Positions 31,234-41,544 of a stretch of DNA of 64,000 bases are shown one piece after another. The notes below the pieces were generated by a model. The model did not search any database. It was given only the letters and a program-made list of their open reading frames with translations, and was not told where the DNA came from. Both the position numbers and the translations under genes were made by a program. Position 1 is the stretch's first letter. Each line of letters begins with the position of its first letter. Origin of the DNA: an uncultured Chloroflexia bacterium (GTDB lineage Bacteria > Chloroflexota > Limnocylindria > Limnocylindrales > CSP1-4); the NCBI GenBank assembly GCA_963749705.1, contig CAVVNQ010000003.1:128001-192000 (forward strand), in the 5' to 3' direction.

Positions 31234-32901
31234 GTGACTGTCGATCGACCGCGCGTGCTGGATGACCTCCTCGGAGCCGCCGGTCGCCTGATCGTCGTCT
31301 CGAATCGGGGCCCGATCACCTTCCATCTCGAGCCCAATGCCCCCGGCGGCCTGACGGCGGCGCGTGGCGCGGGGGGCCTCGTGACCGCCCTGGGCGAGCT
31401 GGGCCGGCATGCCCCGCTGAGCTGGGTTGCCGTCGCGATCACGCCGGGCGATCGGGCCGTGGCCCAGACCCTCGAGGAGCTCGCGCGGCCCGAGCGCCGC
31501 GTGCGGCGTCGACGGAACGGCGGCGCCCGGAATGAGCCGGGCTTTGACAGGGCCGTCGTCGGCGATCTGGTCGAGTCCGTGCTGCCGAATCAGGACGTCC
31601 GGCTCCACCTCGTGAGCCTCGATGCCTCGGTCTTCCAGCCGTTCTACAACATCGTCGCGAACCCGTTCCTGTGGTTCCTCCAGCACCGGATGTTCTCGCC
31701 GGCCTATGGCCCCAACGTGGACGCCGCGTTGCTCGCCGCCTGGCGCGGGGGGTACGTGCCGGCGAACGATGCCATTGCCGATGCCGCGGTGGCGGCGGCC
31801 GGGGATGATCCGCGGCCGATCATCCTGCTCCAGGACTACCACCTGTACCTTGCGGCGGCGCGCATCCGGCAGAAGCTGCCGTCGGCGACGATCCTCCACT
31901 TCAACCACATCCCGTGGCCGGCCGCGAGCGAGTGGCAGATCCTCCCCGCGAGCATGCGACGGACGATCTGCGAGGGGCTGCTCGAATGCGACATCGTGGG
32001 CCTGCAGACCGATCGCTATGCGTCGAGCTTCCTGGACACGGTGGCGACCTCGGTCCACGACGCCCGGGTGGATCCGGACAGCCGGACGGTCCGCTGGCGC
32101 GGACGGCGCGTGCCGGTGCGGACCTACCCGATCTCGGTCGACCCCGACGGCCTGGCCCGGTTCGCCCGCAGTGACGCCGTCGAGCAGCGGGTCGTCCGCC
32201 TTCGAGAGCGACTCGGTCGCGCGGGGAACCCGTGGCTGATCGTCCGCGCCGACCGGATCGAGCCGTCGAAGAACGCGCTGCGCGGCTTCCTTGCGTTCGA
32301 GGAGCTGCTGTCGCGAGATCCGCAGCTCCGCGATCACGTCCGGTTCCTGGCCGTGATGGCGCCGACGCGGACCTCGATCACGGAGTACGCGGAGTACGCC
32401 GCGGCGGTCCGGGAGGTGGTCGCCCGGATCAACGGGCTGAGCGACCCGGATGATGCCCCGGTCTGGATCTCGGATGGCTCGGACTACGCGATGGCGATCG
32501 CGGCCCTCCGGATGGCCGACGTGGTGCTGGTCAACCCGCTGGTCGACGGCATGAACCTGGTGGCCAAGGAGGCGGTGCTGGTCGGCGAGCGCAACCCGGT
32601 GCTCGTGCTGTCCGAGACCGCGGGCGCCGCGGAGCAGCTGGCCGCGGACTCGCTGGTGGTCGCGCCCGCCGACATCGCCGGCACGGCCGCCCAGCTGCGC
32701 CGCGCGCTCGAGATGCCCGCCGAGGAACGCCGGACCCGCCTCCGACACCTGCGCCAGTCCGTCCGCCACGAGGACGTGCGCTGGTGGCTGGACCGCCAGC
32801 TGCGCGACATCGCGGCCATTCGCCGCGGCGCGCCGCCGCCGTCACGGCGCCTCCGGGACACGCTGCGCCGCGTCGAGAGCCCGGGCCTCACCTCCGACTA
32901 G
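31234..32901 (+). CDS. otsA: Trehalose-6-phosphate synthase (GT20)
   Basis: VSNRGP, GGLVTAL, QDYHL, HIPWP, DGMNLVAKE, LSETAGA; CATACT -10 six nt upstream. Confidence 0.88.
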   Translation: MTVDRPRVLDDLLGAAGRLIVVSNRGPITFHLEPNAPGGLTAARGAGGLVTALGELGRHAPLSWVAVAITPGDRAVAQTLEELARPERRVRRRRNGGARNEPGFDRAVVGDLVESVLPNQDVRLHLVSLDASVFQPFYNIVANPFLWFLQHRMFSPAYGPNVDAALLAAWRGGYVPANDAIADAAVAAAGDDPRPIILLQDYHLYLAAARIRQKLPSATILHFNHIPWPAASEWQILPASMRRTICEGLLECDIVGLQTDRYASSFLDTVATSVHDARVDPDSRTVRWRGRRVPVRTYPISVDPDGLARFARSDAVEQRVVRLRERLGRAGNPWLIVRADRIEPSKNALRGFLAFEELLSRDPQLRDHVRFLAVMAPTRTSITEYAEYAAAVREVVARINGLSDPDDAPVWISDGSDYAMAIAALRMADVVLVNPLVDGMNLVAKEAVLVGERNPVLVLSETAGAAEQLAADSLVVAPADIAGTAAQLRRALEMPAEERRTRLRHLRQSVRHEDVRWWLDRQLRDIAAIRRGAPPPSRRLRDTLRRVESPGLTSD

Positions 32902-33878
32902 GGCGACCCTCGCCCAGGCGGCGAGCTCGCTCCCGCGCCCGGCTGCGCCTCCAGCGCGTCGGCCAGCGCATCGAGCACGGCGGCCATCGCGTCCGGCGAC
33001 GCGACCATGACATCGGCGGTCGCGAGCACCTCCGGGGGCGTCTCGGCTGCGCCGCTGACCCCGACGATCAAGGCCTGCACGGCCTCCGCGTCGCGCAGGC
33101 GCCGGACGACCCGGAAGCCGTCGGCATCGGTGCGGTCGTCGCCCGTGATCAGGACCGAGGCGGGTCGAACCTCGTCGATCAGGCGCTGCGCCGCGTCGCC
33201 CTTGCCCGGCGCGCCGCCCGGCCGCAGCTCGACGACCCGGCGACTCTCGAGGCGATCGACGTGCTGCGGCCCCAGGTCCCGTGCGGCCGCCTCGAGCTCG
33301 GCATCGAGCGCCGCATGGATCGACGCCCTGGCAGCTTCGGGGTCGTCGGCGCGGCGGTAATGCAGCCCGATCGAGGCGCCCTTGGGCTCGATCGACAGCC
33401 ACTCCGGTCGGCCCATGCCCTCGGCCGCACGCTCGGCGAGCCGCAGCAGCCCCGTCCCGGCCGCATCGATGCCGGGGTCGGTCCGGACGACCGGACGTGC
33501 GTCCGGTTCCGGTCCCAGATAGCCCTGCTCGATCCCGTGCTGGCCCAGGTACCGGATCCCCGGCACCCCGACCCGGCGCGCAACGTCGGCGGCGTCACGC
33601 CCCGACAGGACGGCGACGACCAGCGCGCCCGCGGGCAGCGCATCCGCGGCCGCGCCCAGGCGCCCCAGCGCGCGCCGCGCCGCGGGCACGATGCGGGCAT
33701 CCCCCGGAACCTCGACGATCGGTGACAGGGTGCCGTCGAAGTCGGTGATGACGAGGATCGGCCGGGTGCGTGCCAGCGTGGCCGCGCGACGCGTGGCCGC
33801 TCGAAGGATGGCCGATGCACGGGCCGGACGGCCGCCGGGCCCGTCCGGGTCGCCGGCGCGCGACGCGGTCGGGGTCAC
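32898..33878 (-). CDS. otsB: Trehalose-6-phosphate phosphatase (HAD IIB)
   Basis: TDFDGTLSPIV, SGR, HYRRA, ELRP...KG, GDDRTDADGF. Confidence 0.9.
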   Translation of the reverse strand: MTPTASRAGDPDGPGGRPARASAILRAATRRAATLARTRPILVITDFDGTLSPIVEVPGDARIVPAARRALGRLGAAADALPAGALVVAVLSGRDAADVARRVGVPGIRYLGQHGIEQGYLGPEPDARPVVRTDPGIDAAGTGLLRLAERAAEGMGRPEWLSIEPKGASIGLHYRRADDPEAARASIHAALDAELEAAARDLGPQHVDRLESRRVVELRPGGAPGKGDAAQRLIDEVRPASVLITGDDRTDADGFRVVRRLRDAEAVQALIVGVSGAAETPPEVLATADVMVASPDAMAAVLDALADALEAQPGAGASSPPGRGSP

Positions 33879-34534
33879 GGTGCGCTGACGGTGACGCCCG
33901 GCATGATCGTCTCCAGCCCGGCGGTCATCAGATCGGGCCCGATGCCGCCCAGGGCGCCGTCACGCACGATCCCGTCGGTGTCGATCCAGTAGTGGACGGG
34001 CAACGCGAACGCGCCCCACGCGGCCTGTGCCACGCCGTCCACGTCGGTCCCGACGGGCAGCGTCACGCCGAGGCCGCGCATGTAGCCGTCGACCGTCGTC
34101 TGGTCCTCGCGGACGTCGATCACCAGCACCACCAGGCCGGCGTCCGAGTACTTGGCGGCGTAGCCGGCCATCAGGGGAAGCTCGTCCCGGCACGACGGGC
34201 ACCAGGTCGCCATGAAGTTGACCCAGACCGGCTGGCCCTTGAGCGACGCGAGGGTGATCCGGCCGCCGCCCAGCTGCGCCACGTCGAGCGGCGGGGCAGC
34301 CTCACCGACCCCGAACGCCGCAGATGCGCCGCTGGCCGAAGCTGACGGCGTCGCCGCGGGCGAGGGTGTGGACGCTGCGGGCGAGGGTGTCACCGGCACC
34401 TGGCTCGCGGCGACCGATGCGGCGGGGCCCTGGACAACGGGTGGCGGCACCAGGAGCAGCAGCCCGCCGAGCGCGATGGCGCCGACCACCACACCCGCGA
34501 TCAGGCCCGCCACGACGTTCGCTCTCCCACCCAT
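33875..34534 (-). CDS. Membrane-anchored TlpA/ResA-type thiol-disulfide oxidoreductase
   Basis: N-terminal TM, S/P/T linker, VNFMATWCPSCRDE. Confidence 0.9.
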   Translation of the reverse strand: MGGRANVVAGLIAGVVVGAIALGGLLLLVPPPVVQGPAASVAASQVPVTPSPAASTPSPAATPSASASGASAAFGVGEAAPPLDVAQLGGGRITLASLKGQPVWVNFMATWCPSCRDELPLMAGYAAKYSDAGLVVLVIDVREDQTTVDGYMRGLGVTLPVGTDVDGVAQAAWGAFALPVHYWIDTDGIVRDGALGGIGPDLMTAGLETIMPGVTVSAP

Positions 34535-34600
34535 CAGTGCGAGCCTACCAGTACGACTCGGTCGGGGCGGGATCGTGAGGCGTCCACTAGGATCTCCGCG

Positions 34601-35323
34601 ATGCTCCCGCCGATCGAGACCGTCCGCACCCGGATCCTGCCCGCCCTGCTCACGGCGCTGGGCGTGGTGCTGCTGACCGCCGGCCTGCTGTCGTACGCGG
34701 ATCCCACCACGGCGGGAACGACGCTCGAGGAATCACCCACGACGTACGTCCTGACGCCGTCGACGGCGCCGACGGCGTCCACGGTGGGCCCGTCGGCGAC
34801 GCCGACCGCCGAGGCCTCCGCCGCCCAGTCCGAGGCCCCCACCGTCAGCCCGGCCGTGCGGGCGCTCGCCACGCGGGTCGTCATCCCGGCGCTCAAGATC
34901 GACCTGCCCGTCATCGAGGGGCCCGACGGCTACCCGCTGTGCAACGTCGCGATGTACTTCAAGGAGCTCGGCCAGCCGGGCGAAGGCCGCGCGACGTACC
35001 TGTTCGCGCACGCACGGGACGGGATGTTCGGGCCGATCTACGAGCTCGCCCACGCCGGCCAGCAGCGAAAGATGCTGGGCATGATCGTCCAGGTGTTCAC
35101 CAGCGACGACAAGCTGTACCTGTACGAGGTCCACGAGGTCCGGCTGCACCAGCTCAACCTCAACGCCGCCCAGGCCGCGACCACCGAGGAGCTGTGGCTC
35201 CAGACGTCCGAAGGGCCGAAGGGGACACCGGGCAAGACGCAGCTGGTCGCGGTTCCGATCTCGGTCGGCGACGCGGATCCGGCCGATGCCCACCCCAAGC
35301 CGAAGCCCGTGGCCTGCGGCTGA
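34601..35323 (+). CDS. Sortase-fold protein with Ser in place of the catalytic Cys
   Basis: TM anchor, T/S/P linker, RVVIPALKIDLPV, YLFAHAR, LWLQTS (canonical LxTC). Confidence 0.72.
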   Translation: MLPPIETVRTRILPALLTALGVVLLTAGLLSYADPTTAGTTLEESPTTYVLTPSTAPTASTVGPSATPTAEASAAQSEAPTVSPAVRALATRVVIPALKIDLPVIEGPDGYPLCNVAMYFKELGQPGEGRATYLFAHARDGMFGPIYELAHAGQQRKMLGMIVQVFTSDDKLYLYEVHEVRLHQLNLNAAQAATTEELWLQTSEGPKGTPGKTQLVAVPISVGDADPADAHPKPKPVACG

Positions 35324-35336
35324 CCGCCCGACGGTC

Positions 35337-36944
35337 TCAGCTGGCGCCGGCCCCGGGCTCCGGGCCGCGGCGGCGGCGGTCGAGGACCAGCGACGGCGGC
35401 ACGGCGATCGCGGTCACGGCACCCGCGACCAGGAAGATGCCGACCATGATCCTGGCCGCCTCGCTGGCCGCCCAGCTCTCGAGCGCCTCGACGACGAGCC
35501 CGTCGTGGAGCGGCCGGTCGCGCAGCGAGGCCGGGATGTACTGGCGGTACGAGTCGGGCGTGGCGTACACCTGGTCGTAGAGGCGATCGATCGTGGTCGA
35601 CCCGTACGCCGTCAGGATCGCGAGACCCACGGCCATCCCGATCATCCGCGCCACAGTCACCGTCGACGACGCCATCCCGTACGCCTCACGCGAGACGGAC
35701 TGGACCGCCGCGGTTGACCGGGGCGTCACGGTCAGCCCGAACCCCGCCCCGAACAGCCCGAGAGCGGCGGCGGTCTGCTCGATGGTGGTGGCCGGGGTCC
35801 ACGCCGACATCACGACCAGCGCCACGATCGATGCGCCGAGGCCGAGCAGGGTGACCAGGCGCAGCGAGAGCACGCGCACGGCGAACCCGGACACGAGCGC
35901 GCCAGCGGCCGTTGCCGCGCCCAGCGCCCCCAGCGCCAGCCGCTGGTCGTCGGCGCCGCCGTACAGCACCCGGTCCACGAACACCGCGCCGCCCACGATC
36001 GCGGTCGCGAATCCATACCCCGTCAGCGCCGAGACCAGTGCCGCGGCCGTGAACGGGGCATGGCGGAACAGCCGCGGGTCGAGGAACGGGTCGCCCGTGC
36101 GCAGCCCGCGCACGATGCTCACGGGTCCGGCAACCGCGGCCACGACGACGAGGATGATCGTCACGATGAACGGGTCGATGGACCCGGGGCCCGGATCGGT
36201 GCGGCTGCCGAGCAGCGTGAGGGCGCCCAGCGCGCCGATCAGGAACGCCGAGAACAGCACCGCACCAACCAGGTCGACCCGTCCGGCGCGGCGCGGCGTC
36301 TCCCAGCCGCTGCTCGCGGCCCACGCGAGGACGACCGCGATGATCCCGATCGGCACGTTGACGTAGAACACCCAGCGCCACGCCGGCGCCAGCGCGTCCG
36401 GGAGCGGCGAGCCGGGCGTCAGGCCGAGTCGCGCCAACGCGGCGTCCGGATGGAAGGCGTCGAGGATGGCCGCGCCGAGGAACGGGCCGGCGGCCATGCC
36501 CAGGAACGTGAGCGCGCCGATGATCCCCAGCGCCCTCGGACGTGCCGGGCCTTCGAACAGGTGCGAGACGGCCGATGTCGCCACCGGGATCAGGGCACCG
36601 CCGCCCGCCGCCTGCACGAGGCGCGCCGCGACCAGCTCCTCCAGCGACTGCGCCCGGCCCGCGAGGGCCGAGCCGATCGTGAACACCACCAGCGCCGCCA
36701 GGAACAGCCGGCGATTGCCCCACAGGTCGGCCAGGCGACCGGCCAGGGGCATGGTCACCACGTACACCAGGAGATAGCCGTTGATGATCCACGACGCCTC
36801 GCGCAGGCGGGTCCAGTCTGCGAGGTCGACAACGATCGCCGGCAGCGCGACCGCCGTGATCATGAGCTCCAGGCCGGCGAGGAACACGCCCGCGCCCAGG
36901 ACGGCAAGGAGAACGAGGGCATCGCGTCGCGGCAACCGGTCCAC
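35337..36944 (-). CDS. MFS transporter, DHA2 (EmrB/QacA-like) family
   Basis: VALPAI, WIINGYLL, GRLADLWGNRR, WRWVFYVNVPIG; start GTG 36944. Confidence 0.9.
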   Translation of the reverse strand: MDRLPRRDALVLLAVLGAGVFLAGLELMITAVALPAIVVDLADWTRLREASWIINGYLLVYVVTMPLAGRLADLWGNRRLFLAALVVFTIGSALAGRAQSLEELVAARLVQAAGGGALIPVATSAVSHLFEGPARPRALGIIGALTFLGMAAGPFLGAAILDAFHPDAALARLGLTPGSPLPDALAPAWRWVFYVNVPIGIIAVVLAWAASSGWETPRRAGRVDLVGAVLFSAFLIGALGALTLLGSRTDPGPGSIDPFIVTIILVVVAAVAGPVSIVRGLRTGDPFLDPRLFRHAPFTAAALVSALTGYGFATAIVGGAVFVDRVLYGGADDQRLALGALGAATAAGALVSGFAVRVLSLRLVTLLGLGASIVALVVMSAWTPATTIEQTAAALGLFGAGFGLTVTPRSTAAVQSVSREAYGMASSTVTVARMIGMAVGLAILTAYGSTTIDRLYDQVYATPDSYRQYIPASLRDRPLHDGLVVEALESWAASEAARIMVGIFLVAGAVTAIAVPPSLVLDRRRRGPEPGAGAS

Positions 36945-36971
36945 GGCCCGAGTGTAGGTCGACGACCGGGC

Positions 36972-37000
36972 TTGACACCACGAACCCGCGCCAATAGGAT
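36972..37000 (+). promoter_or_regulatory. Sigma70-type promoter of the arsR-pgsA-ino1 operon
   Basis: TTGACA-N17-TAGGAT. Confidence 0.8.
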
Positions 37001-37030
37001 CAACGTCCATTGATATAAATGGTGGTTGAT
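36999..37030. promoter_or_regulatory. Tandem ArsR-type operators overlapping the transcription start
   Basis: ATCAA-N6-TTGAT directly followed by ATAAA-N6-TTGAT; AT-rich island in a GC-rich genome. Confidence 0.7.
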
Positions 37031-37076
37031 CCGTAGATCGATATCGCCGTGTCGTGTCGTCGGACCATCGCAGCAG

Positions 37077-37454
37077 GTGCCTCAAGACTTGTCGCCATCT
37101 CGCGCACGCATCCGGAGCACGCTCGCATCGGTCGTCGACCAGCCCGATGACCTGCGCGAGCTGCGGCTGTTCCACAAGGTGCTCGCGGACGTCAACCGGC
37201 TGCGGATCGTGCGCAGGCTGGCCATCGGCCCGGCCACGGTGACCCAGCTGATCGACCATGTCGGGCTGTCCCAGCCGCTGGTCTCGTGGCACCTGGGCAA
37301 GCTCCGCGAGGTCGGGCTGGTCACCGCACGGCGCCATGGTCGCGAGACCGTCCACACGATCGAGCCCGAGGCGTTTGCGCGGTTCGCCGACCGACAGGCG
37401 CAGGTCCTGGGGTTCGGCGCGACCGGCGGGGCCACGCCGCGAGCGGTCTCGTGA
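37077..37454 (+). CDS. ArsR/SmtB family transcriptional regulator (start uncertain)
   Basis: HKVLADVNRLRIV...TVTQL...LSQPLVSWHLGKLREVGLV...RHGRE. Confidence 0.88.
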   Translation: MPQDLSPSRARIRSTLASVVDQPDDLRELRLFHKVLADVNRLRIVRRLAIGPATVTQLIDHVGLSQPLVSWHLGKLREVGLVTARRHGRETVHTIEPEAFARFADRQAQVLGFGATGGATPRAVS

Positions 37455-38161
37455 CGGGCTCGCTGGTCACGCCCGGCCTGCGCTCCCGGGTTCGCGGCCT
37501 GATGGAGCCGATCGCGCTCGGCCTCGGACGTCTGGGCCTCACGCCGAACGCGCTCACGGTCATCGGCTTCCTGATCGCGTGCATCGCGGCGGTCGCGGCG
37601 GCCGCCCAATGGTGGCTCGTGGCCGGGCTCCTGGTCGTGTTCGGCGGCGTGTTCGACCTGTTCGACGGCGCCCTGGCGCGAGCGACCGGCAGGGTGAGCC
37701 GGCTGGGCGCGTTCATGGACTCGACCTTCGACCGGTGGGGGGAGGGCGTCGTCTACGTGGGTGTCGTGGCGGGCTCGCTTGCCGATGATTTCCGCCTCGG
37801 CGCGGTGCTCGCCGCCGCCGCGATGGCTTCCGCGTTCATGGTCAGCTATACCCGGGCCAAGGCCGAGAGCCTCGGTTTCACGCCCGGGACGGGCATGGCC
37901 AACGTGGGCCTCGCGCCGCGCGAGGTCCGGATCGTCATCCTCACGATCGGCCTGGTCCTTGCCGGCATCCAGGGGACCGCCAACCCCCTGCTACGCCTCG
38001 AGACCTATTCGCTCCCCGGCGGCATCGAGATCGCCCTGCCGTGGGCCGGCCAGGTCTGGCTCGCATGGAGCCTCGGCCTGATCGCCATCCTCGCCACCAT
38101 CACGACCATCCAGCGAATCGTCCACACCATCAACCAGGCATCCAAGCAGGAGCAGGAGTAA
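37451..38161 (+). CDS. pgsA: CDP-alcohol phosphatidyltransferase (phosphatidylinositol-phosphate synthase-like)
   Basis: [18 protein letters not shown]...[18 protein letters not shown]; adjacent to ino1. Confidence 0.88.
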   Translation: MTGSLVTPGLRSRVRGLMEPIALGLGRLGLTPNALTVIGFLIACIAAVAAAAQWWLVAGLLVVFGGVFDLFDGALARATGRVSRLGAFMDSTFDRWGEGVVYVGVVAGSLADDFRLGAVLAAAAMASAFMVSYTRAKAESLGFTPGTGMANVGLAPREVRIVILTIGLVLAGIQGTANPLLRLETYSLPGGIEIALPWAGQVWLAWSLGLIAILATITTIQRIVHTINQASKQEQE

Positions 38162-38168
38162 CAGCAGC

Positions 38169-39386
38169 ATGGAGCAAGAGCGGGTGAGCACGAACGGCAC
38201 CAACGGGGGCACCCCCAAGGCGCGCGGCAAGAAGATCCGGGTCGCCATCGTGGGCGTCGGGAACTGCGCCAGCAGCCTGGTCCAGGGTCGCTACTACTAC
38301 GAGAACGCGAAGGCCGGCGAATTCGTCCCCGGGCTGATGCACGTCCAGCTGGGCGACTACCACATCAGCGATGTCGAGTTCGTCGCCGCGTTCGACGTCG
38401 ACAAGGAGAAGGTCGGCAAGGACATCTCCGAGGCGATCTTCTCGGGCCAGAACAACACCTACAAGTTCATGGACGTTCCGCACATGGGCGTCAAGGTCGA
38501 CCGGGGCATGACCCACGACGGCCTGGGCAAGTACCTGTCGCAGATCATCGAGAAGGCCCCCGGGCCCACGGCGGACGTGGTCGGGATCCTGCGCGATCGC
38601 GAGGTCGACGTCATGGTGTCGTACCTGCCGGTCGGCAGCGAGGAGGCCACCAAGTGGTACGTCGAGCAGGCACTCAAGGCCGGCGTCGCGTTCGTCAACG
38701 CGATCCCCGTGTTCATCGGTCGCGAGCCCTACTGGCAGCGCCGGTTTGCCGAGGAAGGGCTGCCCGTCATCGGCGATGACATCAAGAGCCAGGTCGGCGC
38801 GACGATCACCCACCGGGTGATGACCCGCCTGTTCATGGACCGCGGCGTCCGCCTCGACCGCACGTACCAGCTCAACTTCGGCGGCAACACGGACTTCCTC
38901 AACATGCTCGAGCGCGAGCGCCTCGAGTCCAAGAAGATCAGCAAGACCAACGCGGTCACCTCGATGCTCGACTACGACATGGAGCCGACCGACGTGCACG
39001 TCGGCCCGTCGGACTACGTGCCGTGGCTCAAGGACCGCAAGTACTGCCACATCGTCATGGAGGGCACGACGTTCGGCGACGTGCCGCTCAAGGCCGAGCT
39101 CAAGCTCGAGGTGTGGGACAGCCCCAACAGCGCGGGCGTCATCATCGACGCCATCCGCTGCGTGCGGATCGGGCTGGACCGGGGCCTCAAGGGCACCCTC
39201 GTGGCTCCCTCGAGCTACTTCATGAAGAGCCCCCCGCTCCAGATCCACGACGACATCGCGTTCAACCGGGTCGAGGCGTTCATCCGGGGCGAGGACAACG
39301 AGACGCTGGTCGGCAACGAGGAGTCGAAGAAGGACTCCAAGGCGCTGGCCGGCCAGGCAAAGGCGAAGGCTGCCGCCAACCGGTGA
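38169..39386 (+). CDS. ino1: Inositol-3-phosphate synthase
   Basis: [48 protein letters not shown]. Confidence 0.96.
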   Translation: MEQERVSTNGTNGGTPKARGKKIRVAIVGVGNCASSLVQGRYYYENAKAGEFVPGLMHVQLGDYHISDVEFVAAFDVDKEKVGKDISEAIFSGQNNTYKFMDVPHMGVKVDRGMTHDGLGKYLSQIIEKAPGPTADVVGILRDREVDVMVSYLPVGSEEATKWYVEQALKAGVAFVNAIPVFIGREPYWQRRFAEEGLPVIGDDIKSQVGATITHRVMTRLFMDRGVRLDRTYQLNFGGNTDFLNMLERERLESKKISKTNAVTSMLDYDMEPTDVHVGPSDYVPWLKDRKYCHIVMEGTTFGDVPLKAELKLEVWDSPNSAGVIIDAIRCVRIGLDRGLKGTLVAPSSYFMKSPPLQIHDDIAFNRVEAFIRGEDNETLVGNEESKKDSKALAGQAKAKAAANR

Positions 39387-40465
39387 CCCAGCGCACTCCC
39401 GGGCTCGAGGCGCCCCACCGGCGCCTCGAGCCACCCTCCCGCCTGCTCGAGCGGTCCGCGGTCCTCGGCTACCGGGCCGCGGCCGTCGTCCTTGCGCACG
39501 TGCCGCCGCGGCTGTCGCGAGCGGTGATCGGGACCGCCGTGCAGGCGAGCTACCTCGCCTGGCCCGCCAAGCGGCGGTTCTCCAACACGAACTTCGGGCA
39601 CGTGCTCGGGCTCCCGCCCGGGGATCCGCGCGTGAGGCGGCTCGCGCTGCGGGCATACCGCGAGTACGCGCGCTACATCGTGGAGCTGATGCGGCTCCCG
39701 TCACGCCCCGAGGCCGAGGTCTCAGCGGCCGTCGAGCTGGGCGATATCGAACGCGTCGCCCGGCTGTGGCGCGAGTCCGGACTGCCACTGATCGTGGTCG
39801 CCGGGCACATCGGCAACAACGAGGCGGCGGCCGCAGCCATCGCCGAGCACGGCTACCCGACCAACGTGATCGCCGACGACTCGTCATTCCCGGAGCTGTT
39901 CGACCTGCTGCGGCGACAGCGCGAGTCGTGGGGCGTCAAGCTCATCCCGTGGCGGAACCTGCGCGACCTGTTCGGGGTCCTGCGCCGCAACGAGATCCTG
40001 GCCCTGCTGATCGACTGGGGGTACCGGCCGGACGGGATCCCCGTCCGGATGTTCGATGCCTGGACAACGCTGCCGGCAGGACCGGCGACGCTGGCCGCGA
40101 AGTCGGGCGCCATGATCGTGCCGATCGCCATCCGACGCGACGCTGCGGGTCGCTTCCACATCGAGCTCGACGAGCACTTCACGGTGCCGTCATCGGCCCC
40201 GGCCGACCTGCTCGGTGCGACGCAGCGGATCGCCGACTTCCTCGAGCGTGCGGTGGCCGAGGCCCCCGAGCAGTGGTACAGCTTCAAGCCCGTGTGGCCG
40301 GCCGATCCCGGCGAGGGCCTCGCCCTCGAGGCGCGGGCCGCTGCGATGCGCGCCGACAGGGGCCGGGCTGGCCAAAGCCGAGCCGGTGTCCGGCCCGCCA
40401 CGGCGGGCAAGCCGGACGACACCGTCGGGACCGACGCCCGCGCATTCGAGGCGACGGGGTCGTGA
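39383..40465 (+). CDS. PatA/HtrB-like lipid acyltransferase 1
   Basis: GHIGNNE (HxxxxE), [18 protein letters not shown]. Confidence 0.85.
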   Translation: MTQRTPGLEAPHRRLEPPSRLLERSAVLGYRAAAVVLAHVPPRLSRAVIGTAVQASYLAWPAKRRFSNTNFGHVLGLPPGDPRVRRLALRAYREYARYIVELMRLPSRPEAEVSAAVELGDIERVARLWRESGLPLIVVAGHIGNNEAAAAAIAEHGYPTNVIADDSSFPELFDLLRRQRESWGVKLIPWRNLRDLFGVLRRNEILALLIDWGYRPDGIPVRMFDAWTTLPAGPATLAAKSGAMIVPIAIRRDAAGRFHIELDEHFTVPSSAPADLLGATQRIADFLERAVAEAPEQWYSFKPVWPADPGEGLALEARAAAMRADRGRAGQSRAGVRPATAGKPDDTVGTDARAFEATGS

Positions 40466-41544
40466 TCTCGGCCACGCCGCCCGGCCCGGCCAGTGCCCCC
40501 GGTGGACCGGTGGCGGATGCGCCGGATGCGGCGCGTGGCCTCCGTGGGACCCTGCTGGTCGGCGGAGCGAAGCTGATCTCGCGGCTCCCGGAACGGCCGC
40601 TCGTCGCGGCCGCGGATGCCGCGGGCGAGCTGTGGTACCGCCTGGCGCCGGCGCGCGCCGCGCAGGCGCGGGCGAACCTCGGGCGCGTGTGCGAGGGCCT
40701 GGCCGCATCGAACCGTGGCACCGGTCTCGCCCGGCGCGCGGCCACGGACCCCGACGCACTCGAGCGGCTGGTGCGCGCCGCCTTCCGGCACGCGGCCCGG
40801 TACTACCTCGAGGTTGCGCGCAGCGGCGCCTTCGACCTGGCGCTGGCGCAGGAGCGGATCGAGATCGAGACCCCGGCGGAGGTCAGCGAGGCGCTTGCGA
40901 GCGGACGCCCGATCGTGCTCGTGGGCATGCACTTCGGCTCGATCGAGCTCCCGGTCGTGATCGTGTCCCACCTCGTCGGACACCCGGTCACCGCACCCAT
41001 GGAGTCGGTGTCGGACCCGGGCCTCCAGCGCTGGTTCATCGAGTCGCGGAGCCGCGTGGGCGTGCAAATCGTGCCGATCACCGATGCTCGCCGAACCCTG
41101 CTCCGCGCACTCCGGCGGGGCGAGTCGGTGGGGCTGGTCGCGGACCGGGACCTGACCCACAACGGGTTGCTGGTCCCGCTGTTCGGCCACCCGGCGCCGA
41201 TCCCCGCCGGGCCGGCGCTGCTGGCCGTCGAGGCCGGCGTGCCGGTCTACGCCGGGTCCGCACGCCGGACGGCCGGTGGGAGGGTGATCGGCCGGTTGCT
41301 CGAGGTGCCGGTCCCGCAGACCGGGACCCGGCGCGAGCGCGTGACCGCGCTGACCGCCCGGATCGCAGCCGCGTTCGAGTCGCTGCTGGCGGACAGCCCC
41401 GAGCAGTGGTGGGGCGCCTTCCACCCGATCTGGCCCGATCTCGTTCCAGCCGGCCGATCGGCTGCTGCATCGACCGCGGCTCCGACCGCGGCGCCGGCGA
41501 CGGATCTGCCCGGCGGCGACGCCGCGCCCGAGGCTCGTGCATGA
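40462..41544 (+). CDS. PatA/HtrB-like lipid acyltransferase 2
   Basis: MHFGSIE, VGLVADRDL, FGHPAPIPAGPALLA, PEQWW. Confidence 0.85.
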   Translation: MISATPPGPASAPGGPVADAPDAARGLRGTLLVGGAKLISRLPERPLVAAADAAGELWYRLAPARAAQARANLGRVCEGLAASNRGTGLARRAATDPDALERLVRAAFRHAARYYLEVARSGAFDLALAQERIEIETPAEVSEALASGRPIVLVGMHFGSIELPVVIVSHLVGHPVTAPMESVSDPGLQRWFIESRSRVGVQIVPITDARRTLLRALRRGESVGLVADRDLTHNGLLVPLFGHPAPIPAGPALLAVEAGVPVYAGSARRTAGGRVIGRLLEVPVPQTGTRRERVTALTARIAAAFESLLADSPEQWWGAFHPIWPDLVPAGRSAAASTAAPTAAPATDLPGGDAAPEARA

